DNA of 64,000 nucleotides from Enoplolaimus lenunculus (lineage: Eukaryota): the NCBI GenBank assembly GCA_030248215.1, contig JASANG010003711.1:434001-498000 (forward strand), read 5' to 3'. A program made the position numbers and the translations under genes. This document shows, in pieces, positions 57,824-64,000 of this stretch. The notes beneath the pieces were generated by a model. The model saw only the letters and a program-made list of their open reading frames with translations, ran no database searches and was not told where the DNA came from. Position 1 is the first letter of the stretch; each line of letters opens with the position of its first letter.

Positions 57824-58959
57824 TTTCAGTGTTACATTCATGGCTGTACATTTTTCCGAGCGAATATAGTCTGATTTGCGTTGTATACAAAATATCGGCC
57901 AAGTTTATGCACTTTTGAAATGAATAACTTTAAGTTAAATTTACTGAACGACAATGAGACAATTTATTAATACAAATTGGCAGTAACAAAATAAGGTAAG
58001 TATATAGCTTATCAAATCAAACTAACATACCTGTGACACTGTGACAGTTTATGCTTCAAATACATAATTCGTTTATATTTGATGCTAGCCATAGCATGAA
58101 TTTAACGCGATTAAGCTTAATAGATTTTAAACCGAAACGTATAAATTCGTAGTAAAATTTTGAACACTACTCAACTCAACATCTTTAAATTCAAATTTGC
58201 TACGTTCATTCCAGGAAGTACCTTTCGTAAAAAAATTTGATAAGGACTGTCCTGAGATTCAAACACTGTACCAATAGTGTTTGCACCTCTGAATTTTATA
58301 TTTAATGTTTATGTATGCACGAAACTTGGTACGGCTGCCTGCCATGGCGATTAAAGTGGTGACGCAGAGACTGTATAGTCAGCTGAAATAAAACGCATGC
58401 ATAAATAATGACGGTGCATAGGATAATGCTGAAATTTTCAATGAAAAAATTGTTGGTATTTCCGGCAAAACTTCTACTGAAGCCCGAATCAGGTCGATTT
58501 TTAGCCAGAGCCATATAGATAACGCTCGAATTGTCAGCACGAGTGAAGGCAGTTAGAGGCAAAAATGCATGTTTAATCTTTGGCGACCGCAGTTCACAAA
58601 TTGTAGCGATAGCTATTGAAAACTTGATGACTTCAAAAACGCGTTCACAACACTGTGACATCACAATAACAAGACCACAAGCAGAGTTCGAAAGAAGCAT
58701 GTAATGTTTACACAAGACAGGAAGCTAACAGTTCTAAAATTCCATAGCTACTAAAATTTGCAGCGTAAAAATCCGACTGAGTGGCGCACAGCCAATCAGA
58801 TTCAAGTCATCCTCAAAACAACCATTGAAACGTAATGTAGCCATTCTCTCTGGACCCTGAATTTTCCATATTCCCAAATGTGTGTAGCATTTATCACCCG
58901 GTACTGGAACGCATTGTAAAACAACCGATATGCCTCTCTTCGCCTATTTGGAAACCGTA

Positions 58960-59430
58960 CTAAAAAATTGGTGATTGGTTCTGAGAGAATACCACTCATT
59001 GTTGATAGCGAAAAACAGCCAATGAAACTTAAGCTTTATCACCCGGACAATTATCAAACCGCAGCCATAAGACAGCATCCAATTAAACTAGTGATACGTG
59101 CTAGACACGGTTGTAATGACCGGATCATCAAACACAGTGACAGAACAGCCTATCAAAACGAAGTATTGGCACTGGTCAAAGTATCCATTCTCACCAACGA
59201 GGTAGTATTAATTTATTAACTGGTGATAGGTGCGACTTACAGTAGAGAATACGGTTCTTGAAGAAAGAGGCAAAACAGCCAATGAACACGAAGCATTGGC
59301 TCTTGGCAACCAACATCAGCAACGCGAAAGTACCAATTGCTAACTGGTGAACTGGTGATAGGTGTTACACACGGTTTATTGGTTAAACGGCTGATTGATG
59401 ACCTCGACAAGCAGCCAGTCGCAATGAAAC
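58960..59430. repeat. Degenerate tandem repeat (~120-132-bp period, four units) just downstream of the RTK stop codon
   Basis: Recurring (c)tggtgataggtg at ~58968, 59088, 59220, 59352 and (a)cagccaatgaa at ~59016, 59146, 59277, 59413. Confidence 0.65.
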
Positions 59431-59462
59431 CTTTTCACTGGGCAAAATAAGCATCTATAATT

Positions 59463-59844
59463 TCAACAACGAGGCAGCGTTAAATGTGACGAATGTTGCG
59501 AAGAAGTACGATGAGGCATACGTTGTGCATGATGATGATGATGATGCTGAAAATGTTGATTAAATAAAGGCTGTTGATTGGCTGTTTGCCCAGCGGAAGC
59601 AACCGTTGTACCTGGATGTGGCAGTGTTCCAGCATTGCTCGCTGTAGTGCTTGAGGGTAAAAAATTAGCATAAACTTGTCCTGGCATTATCGGCGTATAG
59701 TAAGGCTCAGATTCGGGTCGAATATAACGAACGTACGGGTCCATCGAATGGTGGCCCATTATCGTTCGATGCTGGATGACTAGGCTTGAAAAATCGGGAC
59801 GTTCAGATGCGTTTTCGTGCCAGCATGAAAGCATCGTTAGGTAA
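59463..59844 (-). CDS. MET/RON-family receptor tyrosine kinase, last exon (subdomain XI plus C-terminal tail)
   Basis: tttttcAG acceptor; encodes YLTMLSCWHENASERPDFSSLV...; TGA ends at 59463. Confidence 0.88.
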
Positions 59845-61027
59845 CTGAAAAAACCAAACTATATTCTACTCCAATGTTTTGCCGGTAACAGCAACAGTAA
59901 AGATAACAGGTTGTGTGTGCTGGCCTAATATAGGTATCGTGTAATACTCTTTAAAGCGTTGAAATTGGGCTAAATTTAGTATCAAGCTTTAACAAAAGTT
60001 TTAGGCTTGTGTATTTTGTTTACAATTCCGTCGTGCATATTTATCGGTTTACATTAAATCTATTTTTATACATTAATAATGCTGGAAAGCCCACTATACT
60101 AAGGGTACAACCGTAGGTCTGCGTCCGGGTCCAACAAAAAATCAAACTCTGGCTCGGGTTGTTTCTGCCAGAAGTTCTGGCAACTTCGGTAGTAAAATTT
60201 CCTCGTGTTTTGCTAAAATTGTTTCGTGCGTTTGGTTTGGTTTCAACGTGGTATGATTTTCAGGAGCTAAGAGTGTCGAGATTTCTGTTAAGAAATAAAC
60301 CTAAAACCAGAATTTTTACGGCTATTGTACACTTCATTCTATACTTGAGATTAAGGCGTAGGCTTAGGTAGTAAAGGCTTAGGCAATGGTTTAGGCTTTG
60401 GCGAAGACTTTGGCCATCCTTTCCCGAAACCTAACGTTAAACCTATGCATGAGTCTTAGCCTATGCCTGTGGCAGGGAAAGTAGTTTTGACTCCGGTTTC
60501 GGTATTTTCACGTGCCGTTGGAGACCCTGCACCATGGGTAATATAATTTTGCCGTTTTTCTGGCTGTTTTTGTAGTTTATGTAGATATAACAAAACATAG
60601 AACAACTAATTTCGCAATGGTTAGACAATTTACCAACTGGTTTATAATTGTTAAGCTAACTATCGCAATTCGCAACTGCTCTGATTAGTATTAAATAAAA
60701 ATAAATGACAGTTTTATGGGTTTAAGCATCGTCCGCCATAATATTTGTATCCGTTACCTTAGCATGAGGCTGAACTTAAGCCTAAGCGTTAACATTTCAT
60801 GTGGTGGAACTGTACAAGAGCCGTTGATAAAGTTAAGCAGTATGAAGGGGACTCAGCCAGCCCTCGAACCTTTTGGCCACTGTAGAAAATTTTCAACCTT
60901 GCTTGTAAGCCAACGAATATCGTTGCATGCCGCTCCTTGCAAAAATTTTAGCCCCAATTACAAGGTGACTGATAACGGCCTTGTTACCAGTATACGAAAA
61001 TGCGCAAATGGGTTACACATCTCTTAC

Positions 61028-61164
61028 ATCTCATCGGGACATTGCAATGGTTGCGCGAGTCGATTGCCGGCATCGAGAAAGTCGCGTAGCTTTTGATTAC
61101 CGACATCAGAGTACGGGACCACGCCTCGAGTCATAAGCTCCCACAGTAAGACTCCAAACGACCA
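61028..61164 (-). CDS. MET/RON-family RTK exon (subdomains IX-X)
   Basis: Encodes WSFGVLLWELMTRGVVPYSDV...GNRLAQPLQCPDE; 137 nt, bounded by AG/GT. Confidence 0.92.
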
Positions 61165-61765
61165 CTGAAAACACACATTTTACAAACCTGAGAAATTCCG
61201 TGCCATACATTTTAGCATTAAAGTAGGTTATGGTAACTTAAAGTTTAATGCGTTCTAGCGTACAGTAGGTTCGGACTTGGTTAGACAAGTTTAGGCTTAA
61301 GATTACGTTTCCGTCTGGCTAACCATGAATCCATCAGTTTCAGCAGTAGCTTTTTGAAGCGTTAAATTATTTGAGAAGGCGAGTTAGTTGGCGCATTAGC
61401 AATATTTAACGTCGTCGTAACCGTTAACCCTAGTAAAAATATAGCACATATAGCGGGTGAAACAACATGTACATTATTGAGGAACACTGTTACGAATTAA
61501 ACCTTGCTAAGGAAATTGTAGTACGAAACGCAACTCTTTCCTGTGATGCGACGTATACCTAAAACGCATGAGAGTAGAACTCAAATTGTTCGGATAAATT
61601 GTACAGGTTTACAGCGAATTTTAAACTCGAATTAGTTACCTGTCAAAGTTTAAACTTAAATCCAAGTCTCAACTGAAGCCAAGCATACCATCATTAACGG
61701 CACGGCAACAGTCAAAACTTCCGTGTTTAGGTGGCGTTTAGTATTGGTGAAGTACAAGTTCTTAC

Positions 61766-61937
61766 CACGTCTGTCTTTGTGTTGAATATTCGTCGGTTGT
61801 GTAAACTTTCTAACGCCATCCATTTTACAGGCAAACGTGCTGGAGTGTCTTCAGTGGCTGCGGTCAGAGCGTCTTTTTCGTATAAATCAAGTGCAAGGCC
61901 AAAATCAGCAACTTTCACTACACGATCATGGGTCATC
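61766..61937 (-). CDS. MET/RON-family RTK exon (DFG, activation loop, P+1 loop)
   Basis: Encodes [39 protein letters not shown]...KTDV; 172 nt; donor GTG|GTAAGA. Confidence 0.92.
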
Positions 61938-62365
61938 CTGCAAGCAGTCATGCTTTAATATAACATCATGTCTGTTAAAAACGTCTTAATTTGACATTGT
62001 GATAAGTATTAATTACTTAACCATTTTGTCGTTTTTAAAACTTGCTTTCTTTTGATGACAATGGACCACAATTGGCTTTTGTAATCATTTAAATATAACA
62101 TTAAGATTTCAGGAACCCAGCCAATGATATAATCGTCTAAAACACAGTCAGAGTTGTACTGAATGGAATTTCAGTGTGTATGTTTAATGGAAAATGCTTT
62201 AGTCACTAACTATAACCCTTTCCCGTATAAAGTATACCATGAACATATTAAATGGCAAACTGCGGGATTTGCCCGTCTATAGAATCATTTAGCGTAAAGT
62301 TTGTTTTGGCAAACCTTATGTACGTTTTTATTCTGCAAGAAAAAATACTTGCAAACACAGCCTAC

Positions 62366-62475
62366 ATGCAGTTTCGTGCCGCTAAATCACGGTGAACGAA
62401 TTTGAGCCCAGATAGATATGCCATGCCTTGAGCGACTTGATATGCGAAGTCTAGAAGCTCCATCACTATGAGAGG
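62366..62475 (-). CDS. MET/RON-family RTK exon (catalytic loop)
   Basis: Encodes [37 protein letters not shown]; 110 nt, bounded by AG/GT. Confidence 0.93.
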
Positions 62476-62594
62476 CTGAAACGAAATTCAAGACTATGAA
62501 AACGGTGTACTTTTCAGGAAAACGCGTTGCCTAGGTTCTATTTCAGAAAACTATAATCTCGTTATATATAAATATGTATTGATATATAGATATA

Positions 62595-62769
62595 TCGGCC
62601 CATGTTACTTTAAGGGGCGTCCAGGTTTCTGGTTGGTCTATAAAAGATTAATTTTAGATTCTAGATTATATACATTTTTTGATTAGGCTTGGGCTTAATC
62701 TTAGGGTTAGGCTTAGGAATACGCTTAAAATACGCTTAATCTTACGCTCCTCAAAGTAACATTGGCCGA
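62595..62769. mobile_element. Intronic MITE with TTAGGC/TTAGGG hexamers
   Basis: TIR tcggcccatgttactttaagggg / ctcctcaaagtaacattggccga, set in TA-rich palindromic flanks (tatagatata / tatatctata). Confidence 0.8.
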
Positions 62770-63149
62770 TATATCTATAAATAATTTATATATGTCTATA
62801 TATGTATGTATAAAAATATATTACTAAGTTCCGAGTATTTATTCTAATGCCTGTAAAAGTTTAGTGTTGCTCCAAAAGTTCTGGAATAAATATGTCACCA
62901 CTACTCATCCTTGTACTCGAGTTCTGCAAATATATTCCGCACCAAATGATCTTTGTCAACAAAACCTTTCCAAATTTTTTCATAGTCGAACTTAAAAACT
63001 ATAATTTCATTCGACGTGCTGTGGGAACAGTATAACCCCTTCTCACATTGAGTTGCCTATAGGCAACTAAGCGCAGTGTATATACGTTAAATAATATATA
63101 TCGCACCGTGTTTAACAATTGCAACACGTATATATAGTACTAAATCACC

Positions 63150-63302
63150 ACAAGACGTGAGAGCCCCCTCGGGCTCGAGCGTCAAGCTCCTATAGCTGAG
63201 TGGTGATGGTATACGCCTCCCACTCCAGTCACCGGAGTTCGAATCCTAGCATAAAAGTGGGTCTCAGGGGAAATAGAAAATATTCATGTGAGAAAGGGTT
63301 AA
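63150..63302 (+). mobile_element. tRNA-derived SINE-like element in RTK intron
   Basis: A box TAGCTGAGTGG, B box GTTCGAATCC, tail gaaaatattcatgtgagaaag; homologous to the minus strand of 24640-24793. Confidence 0.75.
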
Positions 63303-63669
63303 GCTTGTAATATTCATCAGTAGAGTTCTTATTAAAATGTCAACTGTGATTTATAAATCGATAGCTTTTATCCGTATCACTTGCGCAATCCGAATGGCTA
63401 CAGAACCTTTATCCAATTGGACCAAAATTTAGCAACTTAAAAGCATCTGTATTTCATTTCCAGATGTGTATTTAAAATAACTTGACGCTGCTGAAATATT
63501 GAAAAAGTTATTACAAAAATTTGGAAAAAATTTGAAAACATGTGAACTGAAATTGCTGGATGCTTCGGCTCTGTCAAATGCCACTGAACCACAATGAGTA
63601 GAGATTACCTCAGGAACGAGGTACACCTAGTTTATTCGCCAGCGTTATAATATTTAAAAAATGGTTTAC

Positions 63670-63857
63670 CTTTCGCTGATCAGATATGTATGTTCGAAGG
63701 TCACCTTGCGCCATAAACGGCAAGATAACCCACGGAACGCCGTTACGACTGATAGACATTCCTAGCAAACGTAACACGTGATGATGATCGAAATCTCGCA
63801 TAATTGCACCTTCACGTAGAAATCGCTCAATTGCACCAAGGTCGCGTATCTTTTCAC
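63670..63857 (-). CDS. MET/RON-family RTK exon (alphaC helix to hinge); upstream exons lie outside the window
   Basis: Encodes [32 protein letters not shown]...[17 protein letters not shown], matching the MET/RON pattern FL.EG..M..F.HPNVL.L.G...LPYM.HGDL; bounded by AG/GT. Confidence 0.9.
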
Positions 63858-64000
63858 CTAAAACGGTAAAATTTCACAAAAATGCCTTATGTAATATATA
63901 TTTGTGCACATCTGTGTTTTTATTTTTTGTTTCATGCCTAGCCGCCCCCCCCGCCCAACTGACGAGTAGATATAAATGTTCTTACCACCAGTTCAAAAGT

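Noticed and set aside
58960..59430. CRISPR-like repeat-spacer array
   Set aside because: Repeats are highly degenerate, the context is a eukaryotic gene end, and no cas genes are present.
63981..64000. Donor-like GTG|GTAAGA at the window edge as the preceding RTK exon
   Set aside because: The required phase-1 frame contains TGA and no AVK motif is visible; too short to judge.

Overview
This is AT-rich eukaryotic (animal) genomic DNA with spliceosomal GT-AG introns of about 0.4-1.2 kb. The compact introns, vertebrate-like exon boundaries and dense MITE content suggest an invertebrate chordate such as an ascidian, but that is inference only. Three protein-coding genes can be reconstructed. (1) An ataxin-1-like gene on the minus strand has a ~2.8 kb coding exon with two CAA-encoded polyQ regions and the first half of an AXH domain; the rest lies left of the window. 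(2) A complete four-coding-exon DCN1-like gene (DCUN1D3-like, 585 aa) lies on the plus strand. (3) The last five exons of a MET/RON-family receptor tyrosine kinase lie on the minus strand, and its activation loop lacks the canonical tandem tyrosines. The ~47 kb between genes 1 and 2 holds no recognisable CDS. It is filled with non-autonomous DNA elements (TA-flanked, hAT-like with 8-bp TSDs, Harbinger-like, CACTG-ended, foldback palindromes, TTAGGC-carrying), tRNA-derived sequences and small tandem duplications. I found no prokaryotic-type system such as CRISPR or operons.
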